DNA of 64,000 nt from Macrostomum hystrix (Eukaryota; Animalia; Platyhelminthes), in NCBI GenBank assembly GCA_950097015.1, contig CATNEN010000001.1, forward strand, positions 1 to 64,000, read 5' to 3'. The stretch's first letter is position 1. The number at the start of each line of letters is the position of its first letter. Below are positions 54,782 to 64,000 of the stretch, piece by piece. Both the position numbers and the translations under genes were made by a program. A model generated the notes under the pieces. That model did not search any database and had not been told where the DNA came from. It saw only the letters and a list, made by a program, of their open reading frames with translations.

Positions 54782-55919
54782 AGGGGATAACTTGGGGATT
54801 AAGGGAATCATTTTGGGATTTGTGGGGTTAATTTGTGGATTGAGGGGATAAATACAGGATTTAGGGGATAATCTGTGGATTGAGGGGATAATCTTTGGAT
54901 TGAGGGGATAATCTGTGGATTGAGGGTATATTCTTTGTATTGAGGGGATAATCTGTGCATTAAGGGGATAATCTGTGGATTGAGGGATAATCTGTGGATT
55001 GAGGGGATAATCTGTTGATTGAGGGGATACTCTGTGGATTGAGGGGATAATCTGTGGATTGAGGGATAATCTGTGGATTGAGGGGATAATCTGTGGATTG
55101 AGGGGATAATCTGTTGATTGAGGGGATACTCTGTGGATTGAGGGGATAATCTGTGGATTGAGGGTATAATCTGTGGATTTAGGTGATAATCTGTGGATTG
55201 AGGGGATAATCTGTGGATTGAGGGGATATTCTGTGGATTGAGGGGATAATCTGTGGATTGAGGGGATAATCTGTGGATTGAGGGGATAGTCTGTGGATTG
55301 AGGGGATAATCTATGGATTGAGGGGATAATCTGTGAATTGAGGGATAATCTGTGAATTGAGGGATAATCTGTGGATTGAGCGGATATTCTGTGGATTGAG
55401 GGGATATTCTGTGGATTGAGGGGATAATCTGTGGATTGAGCGGATATTCTGTGGATTGAGGGGATAATCTGTGGATTGATGGGATAATCTTTGGATTGAG
55501 GGGATAATCTGTGGATTGAGGGGATAATCTGTGGATTGAGGGGATAATCTGTGGATTGAGGGGATAATCTGTGGATTGAGGGGATAGTCTGTGGATTGAG
55601 GGGATAATCTGTGGATTGAGGGGATAATCTGTGGATTGAGGGGATATTCTGTGGATTGAGGGGATAATCTGTGGATTGAGCGGATATTCTGTGGATTGAG
55701 GGGATAATCTGTGGATTGAGGGGATAATCTGTGGATTGAGGGGATAATCTGTGGATTGAGGGGATAGTCTGTGGATTGAGGGGATAATCTGTGGATTGAG
55801 GGGATAATCTGTGGATTGAGGGGATAATCTGTGGATTGAGGGGATAATCTGTGGATTGAGGGGATAATCTGTGAATTGAGGGATAATCTGTGGATTGGGG
55901 GGATAATCTGTGGATTGAT
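54782..55919. repeat. 20-bp minisatellite (GAGGGGATAATCTGTGGATT)
   Basis: About 55 copies, degenerate at the 5' edge. Confidence 0.97.
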
Positions 55920-56160
55920 GTATTGTTCGCTAACTTAGTGGTACATTTTTTAATTAAGTGTGATAAAAACCCAAACAGAAAGGAGACATTTAAAATATAT
56001 TAGATGACAGGAATCAGTTGCAACTCAGGGTAGAGAGGGAAGAAGAGGAATAGAGAAGGGAATAAGGAGGGAATATGGGAGTCGAGACGGGTACCAGTCA
56101 AGACTATTCGATTCCAACTTATTTTCCACAGCAGGTAACTGACAACCAATGAGTGTCTCT

Positions 56161-56173
56161 GTTGCTAGGCAAC
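56161..56173. promoter_or_regulatory. Third exact candidate RFX X-box (GTTGCTAGGCAAC)
   Basis: Exact 13-mer about 2.2 kb upstream of the paralog 2 ATG. Confidence 0.5.
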
Positions 56174-56384
56174 TTTGCGTACTTGTAGTTGCTAACTTTG
56201 TCGATAGTAACCCTATTGGAGATAGTGTGCTCATTGACTGATTGAACGGGTCCTGAAGCTTCTTGCTGAAATGCGCTGGTGGAATTTCACTTTGTGTCTT
56301 AGTTTAGGCAAAAATTCTTCGTTTGGATGTACAGTTGCCGTCTGAGGCGAATATTTTGAGAACTGAGGAGACAATTCGTGCATT

Positions 56385-56560
56385 TAGGGGATAATTTGCG
56401 GATTTAGAGGATAATTCAAGGATTTGTGGGATAATGCGCGGATTTGGGGGGATAATGCGCAGATTTAGAGGATAATTCAAGGATTTGTGGGATAATGCGC
56501 GGATTTAGGGGATAATGCGCGGATTTGGGGGATAATTTGCGGATTTAAGGGATAATTTTA
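56385..56560. repeat. Short degenerate ~20-bp array (GGGGATAATGCGCGGATTTA), related to the 54782-55919 array
   Basis: About 8 copies sharing GGGATAAT...GGATT. Confidence 0.85.
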
Positions 56561-57199
56561 CGATTGAATGGGATAGAGGGGAAACTGTGTGGATTATTAG
56601 CAAAATATTGGGATTAAACTGCCGCTGATTTTACAGATTGCAAGATAAGTGGGATAAGCTGCAATGGACGGTGATTCTTAGAAACTGGGATGGCAAACAA
56701 TATTATTCTCAAGTTTTCCCTCTGTGCAGTGAGAGGCTGTTGCTAAAGTTGCAACTGTACATTTGCGACAGCAAGCCTAACAAGGTAGGAGTAACAAAAA
56801 CTAAAGTGCTTCACGCGGGAGGCAAAAATAGTTTATTTGTTCGTTTGCGAATACCAAAAACATTTCTGAAAGTCCATACCTACACATACCTAAAGAATGG
56901 ACAATTTTAAATTATTTTGGCAAGCGAGCCACCGTATAATAAACTACCGAATAACTGCAATGAATGGCCTTGGTTACAGGTTCTACTTTTCTTCCGCGTT
57001 TCTGTTTGGCAATAATCTTTCGCTATGCCGACACGCAAAGTCCTGGATTGATTTGTCTGTTGTAAAATTCAATACCTCAGCGATTAGGAAAACACGTTCG
57101 GCTAGTGTTCTTCATTTACACGATACTCACAAAAGAATTTCGAGAAATAAATAGATGGAGGGGAATAGTCATAGACAGAGGAATAGACGGAGGAATAGA

Positions 57200-57770
57200 C
57201 GGAGGAATATACAGGGGATTAGAGTGAGCAACTGAGAGGATGAGAGTGAGGAACTGAGAGGGATTAGAGTGAGCAACTGAGAGGATGAGAGTGAGGAACT
57301 GAGAGGGATGAGAGTGAGGAACTGAGAGGATGAGAGTGAGGAACTGAGAGGGATGAGAGTGAGGAACTGAGAGGGATGAGAGTGAGGAACTGAGAGGGAT
57401 GAGAGTGAGGAACTGAGAGGGATTAGAGTGAGCAACTGAGAGGATGAGAGTGAGGAACTGAGAGGGATGAGAGTGAGGAACTGAGAGGGATGAGAGTGAG
57501 GAACTGAGAGGGATTAGAGTGAGCAACTGAGAGGATGAGAGTGAGGAACTGAGAGGGATTAGATTGAGGAACTGAGAGGGATGAGAGTGAGGTACATAGA
57601 GGGGATGAGAGTGAGGAACTGAGAGGGATTAGATTGAGGAACTGAGAGGGATGAGAGTGAGGTACATAGAGGGGATGAGAGTGAGGAACAGAGAGGGATG
57701 AGAGTGAGGAACAGAGAGGGATGAGAGTGAGGAAGCGAGAGGACATTGGAGTGAGGAACAGAGAGGGTGA
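57200..57770. repeat. 23-bp minisatellite (GAGAGTGAGGAACTGAGAGGGAT), related to the 33-kb array
   Basis: About 25 copies; shares the GAGGAACTGAGAGGG core with the 1-33019 unit. Confidence 0.95.
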
Positions 57771-58385
57771 TGTGAGGTGGAGATGTGGGACTTGAGGAAC
57801 AGGGTTAAAACTTTAGCAAATTTTCAAGATAAGATATTTGATTTCTAATATTAGCTATTTCATTTTTCTATTATTATTTCTTTTATATATTATTAGCTGT
57901 TGCTATGGTAAAATTATTTACTCAAAAACTGCACCAATTTTGGATCTCAATGTTATATTCTAATTTACCATTAAACTCAATAAAAGGTTGATGAGCACAG
58001 GCTGGATAGAGGAATAAGGATCCAGAATAGGGAGATAGGGAGAATGCAGAATGGGAAGAGAGGAACGAAAGGAGGAAGTGTGGGAGATTCAATAGCGGGA
58101 TTAAGAAGGCGATAAGCGGTACACGCATGAATGTGCTCATATTTTTAATGTCTTGTAATTTCAAAACATTTTCATTTATTACCTTTTTTAAGTAACAGCA
58201 CGTGCAGCAGCATTTTATGTTCAGGAATGAGAAATTTATTGGTTCTGACGTGCCTCACTTGTCACTATTGACCTGACACGGCCAAAATAAGTCTGTGTCT
58301 TCAGTTTTCTAACGATCTTCTCTTTCTTCAGCCAAAAAAGTCTTCTGAGAAGAATTTCACGGACTAGGAAGAGAAGCAAGGGTTC

Positions 58386-61300
58386 ATGGACACCAATGCT
58401 AGCGTCCGTGGACCGGAAGATGCCGGATCAGAGGACCGGGAACTCGAGGATGCAGAATCGCCGGTCTCTACGTGGGAAGACAGTGGATCAATGAGTCAGA
58501 GAAGTGAGGCGGACTCAACTTACTTTCTGCTAAGCTTCTTAGAGCCAGAGTTGCTAGTTTTCTTCTGGGACATCAATAAAAATAGTCTGCGCAATGACCT
58601 TCTTCGAGCCATAGACAGCAACGACTCTGAGGAGCTGAGCAGAATATCAGACAGAATAAGAAAAGGACTTCAAGACGATGAAGATGCAAAAGTGAAAGCG
58701 CTGCTGCTTCTGTCGGCCGCCAAGCCAGAGCTGAAACTGCTGCAGTTCTTGACTGAAAGACACGCCGACTCATGCCTGCAGGTGCGAAGTTCATCAGCTA
58801 ACAACATGCTGCACTTCGTGTGCGGATGCGACAACTCAGATTCAGCAACTGCAGCCTTGGAGCTGATCTATAACAAAGTGGGCAAACAGCTGGTCAAGGA
58901 GGTCAACAACTCGAAGCAGCTGCCTGTACACATCGCCGCATTCAATACAGCCAATCCTGCAGTGTTTCTCTGGCTCATTTCCACCGTCGAGGACAAGAAA
59001 CTGTTTTTCGTTCAAGACGATGACGGCTACAGTGCTGTTAGCATCGCATTTATGGAGCAGAACTTGGACACACTCAAACAAGTGACTGAGAAGCTTGGTC
59101 TGGCGGAGTGCCTGGCGGCAAAAACTGCCAAAAATGAAAATATTTGCCTTCGAGCCGCATTCAATTCAGCCAATCCTGCAGTGTTTCTCTGGCTCATTTC
59201 CACCGTCGAGGACAAGAAACTGTTTTTCGTTCAAGACGATGACGGCTACAGTGCTGTTAGCATCGCATTTATGGAGCAGAACTTGGACACACTCAAACAA
59301 GTGACTGAGAAGCTTGGTCTGGCGGAGTGCCTGGCGGCAAAAACTGCCAAAAATGAAAATATTTGCCTTCGAGCCGCATTCAATACAGCCAATCCTGCAG
59401 TGTTTCTCTGGCTCATTTCCACCGTCGAGGACAAGAATCTGTTTTTCGGTCACGATGATTACGGCTACAGTGCTGTTAGCCTCGCATTTGAGAAGCAGAA
59501 TTTGGACACACTCAAACAAGTGACTGAGAAGCTTGGTCTGGCGGAGTGCCTGGCGGCAAAAACTGCCAAAAATCTAAATATTTGCCTTCGAGCCGCAGCG
59601 AATTCAGCCAATCCTGCAGTGTTTCTCTGGCTCATTTCCACCGTCGAGGACAAGAATCTGTTTTTCGTTCAAGACGATGACGGCTACAGTGCTGTTAGCA
59701 CCGCCTTTGATGAGCTGAACTTGGACACACTCAAACAAGTGACTGAGAAGCTTGGTCTGGCGGAGTGCCTGGCGGCAAAAACTGCCAAAAATGAAAATAT
59801 TTGCAAAAGAGCCGCATTCAATACAGCCAATCCTGCAGTGTTTCTCTGGCTCATTTCTATCGTCGTGGACAAGAATCAGTTTTTCGTTCAAGACGATGAC
59901 GGCGAAAGTGCTGTTAGCATCGCATTTAATCTTCAGAACTTGGACACACTCAAACAAGTGACTGAGAAGCTTGGTCTGGCGGAGTGCCTGGCGGCAAAAA
60001 CTGCCAAAAATGAAAATATTTGCAAAAGAGCCGCATTCAATACAGCCAATCCTGCAGTGTTTCTCTGGCTCATTTCTATCGTCGTGGACAAGAATCAGTT
60101 TTTCGTTCAAGACGATGACGGCGAAAGTGCTGTTAGCATCGCATTTAATCTTCAGAACTTGGACACACTCAAACAAGTGACTGAGAAGCTTGGTCTGGCG
60201 GAGTGCCTGGCGGCAAAAACTGCCAAAAATCAAAATATTTGCCTTCTAGCCGCATTCAATACAGCCAATCCTGCAGTGTTTCTCTGGCTCATTTCCACCG
60301 TCGAGGACAAGAATCTGTTTTTCGGTCACGATGATTACGGCTACAGTGCTGTTAGCCTCGCATTTGAGAAGCAGAATTTGGACACACTCAAACAAGTGAC
60401 TGAGAAGCTTGGTCTGGCGGAGTGCCTGGCGGCAAAAACTGCCAAAAATCTAAATATTTGCCTTCGAGCCGCAGCGAATTCAGCCAATCCTGCAGTGTTT
60501 CTCTGGCTCATTTCCACCGTCGAGGACAAGAATCTGTTTTTCGTTCAAGACGATGACGGCTACAGTGCTGTTAGCACCGCCTTTGATGAGCTGAACTTGG
60601 ACACACTCAAACAAGTGACTGAGAAGCTTGGTCTGGCGGAGTGCCTGGCGGCAAAAACTGCCAAAAATGAAAATATTTGCAAAAGAGCCGCATTCAATAC
60701 AGCCAATCCTGCAGTGTTTCTCTGGCTCATTTCTATCGTCGTGGACAAGAATCAGTTTTTCGTTCAAGACGATGACGGCGAAAGTGCTGTTAGCATCGCA
60801 TTTAATCTTCAGAACTTGGACACACTCAAACAAGTGACTGAGAAGCTTGGTCTGGCGGAGTGCCTGGCGGCAAAAACTGCCAAAAATGAAAATATTTGCA
60901 AAAGAGCCGCATTCAATACAGCCAATCCTGCAGTGTTTCTCTGGCTCATTTCTATCGTCGTGGACAAGAATCAGTTTTTCGTTCAAGACGATGACGGCGA
61001 AAGTGCTGTTAGCATCGCATTTAATCTTCAGAACTTGGACACACTCAAACAAGTGACTGAGAAGCTTGGTCTGGCGGAGTGCCTGGCGGCAAAAACTGCC
61101 AAAAATGAAAATATTTGCCTTCTAGCCGCATTCAATACAGCCAATCCTGCAGTGTTTCTCTGGCTCATTTCCATCGTCGAGGACAAGAATCTGTTTTTCG
61201 GTCACGATGATGACGGCTACAGTGCTGTTAGCACTGCATTTTTTAAGCAGAATTTGGACACACTCAAACGAGTGACTGAGAAGCTTGGTCTGGCGGAGTG

Positions 61301-64000
61301 CCTGGCGGCAAAAACTGCCAAAAATCAAAATATTTGCCTTCGAGCCGCATTCAATTCAGCCAATCCTGCAGTGTTTCTCTGGCTCATTTCCACCGTCGAG
61401 GACAAGAATCTGTTTTTCGGTCACGATGATGACGGCGAAAGTGCTGTTAGCCTCGCATTTGAGAAGCAGAATTTGGACACACTCAAACAAGTGACTGAGA
61501 AGCTTGGTCTGGCGGAGTGCCTGGCGGCAAAAACTGCCAAAAATCAAAATATTTGCCTTCTAGCCGCATTCAATACAGCCAATCCTGCAGTGTTTCTCTG
61601 GCTCATTTCCATCGTCGAGGACAAGAATCTGTTTTTCGGTCACGATGATGACGGCTACAGTGCTGTTAGCACTGCATTTTTTAAGCAGAATTTGGACACA
61701 CTCAAACGAGTGACTGAGAAGCTTGGTCTGGCGGAGTGCCTGGCGGCAAAAACTGCCAAAAATCAAAATATTTGCCTTCGAGCCGCATTCAATTCAGCCA
61801 ATCCTGCAGTGTTTCTCTGGCTCATTTCCATCGTCGAGGACAAGAATCTGTTTTTCGGTCACGATGATGACGGCTACAGTGCTGTTAGCATCGCATTTAT
61901 GGAGCAGAACTTGGACACACTCAAACAAGTGACTGAGAAGCTTGGTCTGGCGGAGTGCCTGGCGGCAAAAACTGCCAAAAATGAAAATATTTGCCTTCGA
62001 GCCGCATTCAATACAGCCAATCCTGCAGTGTTTCTCTGGCTCATTTCCACCGTCGAGGACAAGAATCTGTTTTTCGGTCACGATGATGACGGCTACAGTG
62101 CTGTTAGCCTCGCATTTGAGAAGCAGAATTTGGACACACTCAAACAAGTGACTGAGAAGCTTGGTCTGGCGGAGTGCCTGGCGGCAAAAACTGCCAAAAA
62201 TCAAAATATTTGCCTTCTAGCCGCATTCAATACAGCCAATCCTGCAGTGTTTCTCTGGCTCATTTCCATCGTCGAGGACAAGAATCTGTTTTTCGGTCAC
62301 GATGATGACGGCTACAGTGCTGTTAGCACTGCATTTTTTAAGCAGAATTTGGACACACTCAAACGAGTGACTGAGAAGCTTGGTCTGGCGGAGTGCCTGG
62401 CGGCAAAAACTGCCAAAAATGAAAATATTTGCAAAAGAGCCGCATTCAATACAGCCAATCCTGCAGTGTTTCTCTGGCTCATTTCTATCGTCGTGGACAA
62501 GAATCAGTTTTTCGTTCAAGACGATGACGGCGAAAGTGCTGTTAGCATCGCATTTAATCTTCAGAATTTGGACACACTCAAACGAGTGACTGAGAAGCTT
62601 GGTCTGGCGGAGTGCCTGGCGGCAAAAACTGCCAAAAATCAAAATATTTGCCTTCGAGCCGCATTCAATTCAGCCAATCCTGCAGTGTTTCTCTGGCTCA
62701 TTTCCACCGTCGAGGACAAGAATCTGTTTTTCGGTCACGATGATGACGGCGAAAGTGCTGTTAGCCTCGCATTTGAGAAGCAGAATTTGGACACACTCAA
62801 ACAAGTGACTGAGAAGCTTGGTCTGGCGGAGTGCCTGGCGGCAAAAACTGCCAAAAATGAAAATATTTGCCTTCGAGCCGCATTCAATACAGCCAATCCT
62901 GCAGTGTTTCTCTGGCTCATTTCCACCGTCGAGGACAAGAATCTGTTTTTCGGTCACGATGATGACGGCTACAGTGCTGTTAGCCTCGCATTTGAGAAGC
63001 AGAATTTGGACACACTCAAACAAGTGACTGAGAAGCTTGGTCTGGCGGAGTGCCTGGCGGCAAAAACTGCCAAAAATCAAAATATTTGCCTTCTAGCCGC
63101 ATTCAATACAGCCAATCCTGCAGTGTTTCTCTGGCTCATTTCCATCGTCGAGGACAAGAATCTGTTTTTCGGTCACGATGATGACGGCTACAGTGCTGTT
63201 AGCACTGCATTTTTTAAGCAGAATTTGGACACACTCAAACGAGTGACTGAGAAGCTTGGTCTGGCGGAGTGCCTGGCGGCAAAAACTGCCAAAAATGAAA
63301 ATATTTGCAAAAGAGCCGCATTCAATACAGCCAATCCTGCAGTGTTTCTCTGGCTCATTTCTATCGTCGTGGACAAGAATCAGTTTTTCGTTCAAGACGA
63401 TGACGGCGAAAGTGCTGTTAGCATCGCATTTAATCTTCAGAATTTGGACACACTCAAACGAGTGACTGAGAAGCTTGGTCTGGCGGAGTGCCTGGCGGCA
63501 AAAACTGCCAAAAATCAAAATATTTGCCTTCGAGCCGCATTCAATTCAGCCAATCCTGCAGTGTTTCTCTGGCTCATTTCCACCGTCGAGGACAAGAATC
63601 TGTTTTTCGGTCACGATGATGACGGCGAAAGTGCTGTTAGCCTCGCATTTGAGAAGCAGAATTTGGACACACTCAAACAAGTGACTGAGAAGCTTGGTCT
63701 GGCGGAGTGCCTGGCGGCAAAAACTGCCAAAAATGAAAATATTTGCCTTCTAGCCGCATTCAATACAGCCAATCCTGCAGTGTTTCTCTGGCTCATTTCC
63801 ATCGTCGAGGACAAGAATCTGTTTTTCGGTCACGATGATGACGGCTACAGTGCTGTTAGCACTGCATTTTTTAAGCAGAATTTGGACACACTCAAACGAG
63901 TGACTGAGAAGCTTGGTCTGGCGGAGTGCCTGGCGGCAAAAACTGCCAAAAATCAAAATATTTGCCTTCGAGCCGCATTCAATTCAGCCAATCCTGCAGT
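58386..64000 (+). CDS. Ankyrin-repeat protein, tandem paralog 2 of the TRP channel gene (5' part; runs off the window)
   Basis: Manual translation: in-frame TAG at 58365, ATG at 58386 (MDTNASVRGPEDAGSEDRELEDAESPVSTWEDSGSMSQRSEADSTYFLLSFLEPELLVFFWDINKNSLRNDLLRAIDS...). From 58584 it is nearly identical to paralog 1 (from 33663). The frame is open to 64000. Candidate acceptor CTTCTCTTTCTTCAG ends at 58331. The channel domain is not visible in this window and is inferred from paralogy. Confidence 0.88.
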   Translation, partial: MDTNASVRGPEDAGSEDRELEDAESPVSTWEDSGSMSQRSEADSTYFLLSFLEPELLVFFWDINKNSLRNDLLRAIDSNDSEELSRISDRIRKGLQDDEDAKVKALLLLSAAKPELKLLQFLTERHADSCLQVRSSSANNMLHFVCGCDNSDSATAALELIYNKVGKQLVKEVNNSKQLPVHIAAFNTANPAVFLWLISTVEDKKLFFVQDDDGYSAVSIAFMEQNLDTLKQVTEKLGLAECLAAKTAKNENICLRAAFNSANPAVFLWLISTVEDKKLFFVQDDDGYSAVSIAFMEQNLDTLKQVTEKLGLAECLAAKTAKNENICLRAAFNTANPAVFLWLISTVEDKNLFFGHDDYGYSAVSLAFEKQNLDTLKQVTEKLGLAECLAAKTAKNLNICLRAAANSANPAVFLWLISTVEDKNLFFVQDDDGYSAVSTAFDELNLDTLKQVTEKLGLAECLAAKTAKNENICKRAAFNTANPAVFLWLISIVVDKNQFFVQDDDGESAVSIAFNLQNLDTLKQVTEKLGLAECLAAKTAKNENICKRAAFNTANPAVFLWLISIVVDKNQFFVQDDDGESAVSIAFNLQNLDTLKQVTEKLGLAECLAAKTAKNQNICLLAAFNTANPAVFLWLISTVEDKNLFFGHDDYGYSAVSLAFEKQNLDTLKQVTEKLGLAECLAAKTAKNLNICLRAAANSANPAVFLWLISTVEDKNLFFVQDDDGYSAVSTAFDELNLDTLKQVTEKLGLAECLAAKTAKNENICKRAAFNTANPAVFLWLISIVVDKNQFFVQDDDGESAVSIAFNLQNLDTLKQVTEKLGLAECLAAKTAKNENICKRAAFNTANPAVFLWLISIVVDKNQFFVQDDDGESAVSIAFNLQNLDTLKQVTEKLGLAECLAAKTAKNENICLLAAFNTANPAVFLWLISIVEDKNLFFGHDDDGYSAVSTAFFKQNLDTLKRVTEKLGLAECLAAKTAKNQNICLRAAFNSANPAVFLWLISTVEDKNLFFGHDDDGESAVSLAFEKQNLDTLKQVTEKLGLAECLAAKTAKNQNICLLAAFNTANPAVFLWLISIVEDKNLFFGHDDDGYSAVSTAFFKQNLDTLKRVTEKLGLAECLAAKTAKNQNICLRAAFNSANPAVFLWLISIVEDKNLFFGHDDDGYSAVSIAFMEQNLDTLKQVTEKLGLAECLAAKTAKNENICLRAAFNTANPAVFLWLISTVEDKNLFFGHDDDGYSAVSLAFEKQNLDTLKQVTEKLGLAECLAAKTAKNQNICLLAAFNTANPAVFLWLISIVEDKNLFFGHDDDGYSAVSTAFFKQNLDTLKRVTEKLGLAECLAAKTAKNENICKRAAFNTANPAVFLWLISIVVDKNQFFVQDDDGESAVSIAFNLQNLDTLKRVTEKLGLAECLAAKTAKNQNICLRAAFNSANPAVFLWLISTVEDKNLFFGHDDDGESAVSLAFEKQNLDTLKQVTEKLGLAECLAAKTAKNENICLRAAFNTANPAVFLWLISTVEDKNLFFGHDDDGYSAVSLAFEKQNLDTLKQVTEKLGLAECLAAKTAKNQNICLLAAFNTANPAVFLWLISIVEDKNLFFGHDDDGYSAVSTAFFKQNLDTLKRVTEKLGLAECLAAKTAKNENICKRAAFNTANPAVFLWLISIVVDKNQFFVQDDDGESAVSIAFNLQNLDTLKRVTEKLGLAECLAAKTAKNQNICLRAAFNSANPAVFLWLISTVEDKNLFFGHDDDGESAVSLAFEKQNLDTLKQVTEKLGLAECLAAKTAKNENICLLAAFNTANPAVFLWLISIVEDKNLFFGHDDDGYSAVSTAFFKQNLDTLKRVTEKLGLAECLAAKTAKNQNICLRAAFNSANPA
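58953..64000 (+). repeat. Coding 219-bp tandem repeat, 23 complete units plus the start of a 24th
   Basis: AATCCTGCAGT at 58953 and every 219 bp to 63990 ((63990-58953)/219 = 23); no indels or stops. Confidence 0.98.

Noticed and set aside
40258-55919. Regular 20-32 bp repeats resembling CRISPR arrays
   Set aside because: Units are head-to-tail without unique spacers, there are no cas genes, and the context is eukaryotic.
58953-64000. TALE-like DNA-binding repeat interpretation of the variable di-residue
   Set aside because: Units fit the ankyrin consensus (two per 73 aa), lack TALE LTPxQVVAIAS motifs, and the paralog is a membrane channel; the resemblance is only an analogy.

Overview
Eukaryotic, metazoan-looking genomic DNA (GT-AG introns, about 65% simple tandem repeat). 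The density of 19-32 bp minisatellites is reminiscent of a flatworm such as Macrostomum, but that is inference only. Bases 1-33019 are one purine-rich 24-bp minisatellite with nested higher-order duplications; the ORFs called there are repeat artefacts. It is followed by an ankyrin-repeat TRP-family channel gene on the + strand (33612-38657 spliced to 39063-39473, about 1818 aa). Its N-terminal half has 8 near-identical 219-bp (73-aa, two-ankyrin) units, and its channel and C-terminus are TRPM-like. A roughly 19-kb spacer holds several more minisatellites interleaved with duplicated promoter-like modules carrying RFX X-box and forkhead motifs. A tandem paralog, missed by the ORF track because it has no stop in the window, starts at ATG 58386 and has at least 23 of the same 219-bp units. 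The main discovery is that these ankyrin units are homogenised except at a few codons that map to the ankyrin ligand-binding face, and they are reshuffled in number and order between paralogs. This suggests a diversifying receptor-like sensor fused to an ion channel.
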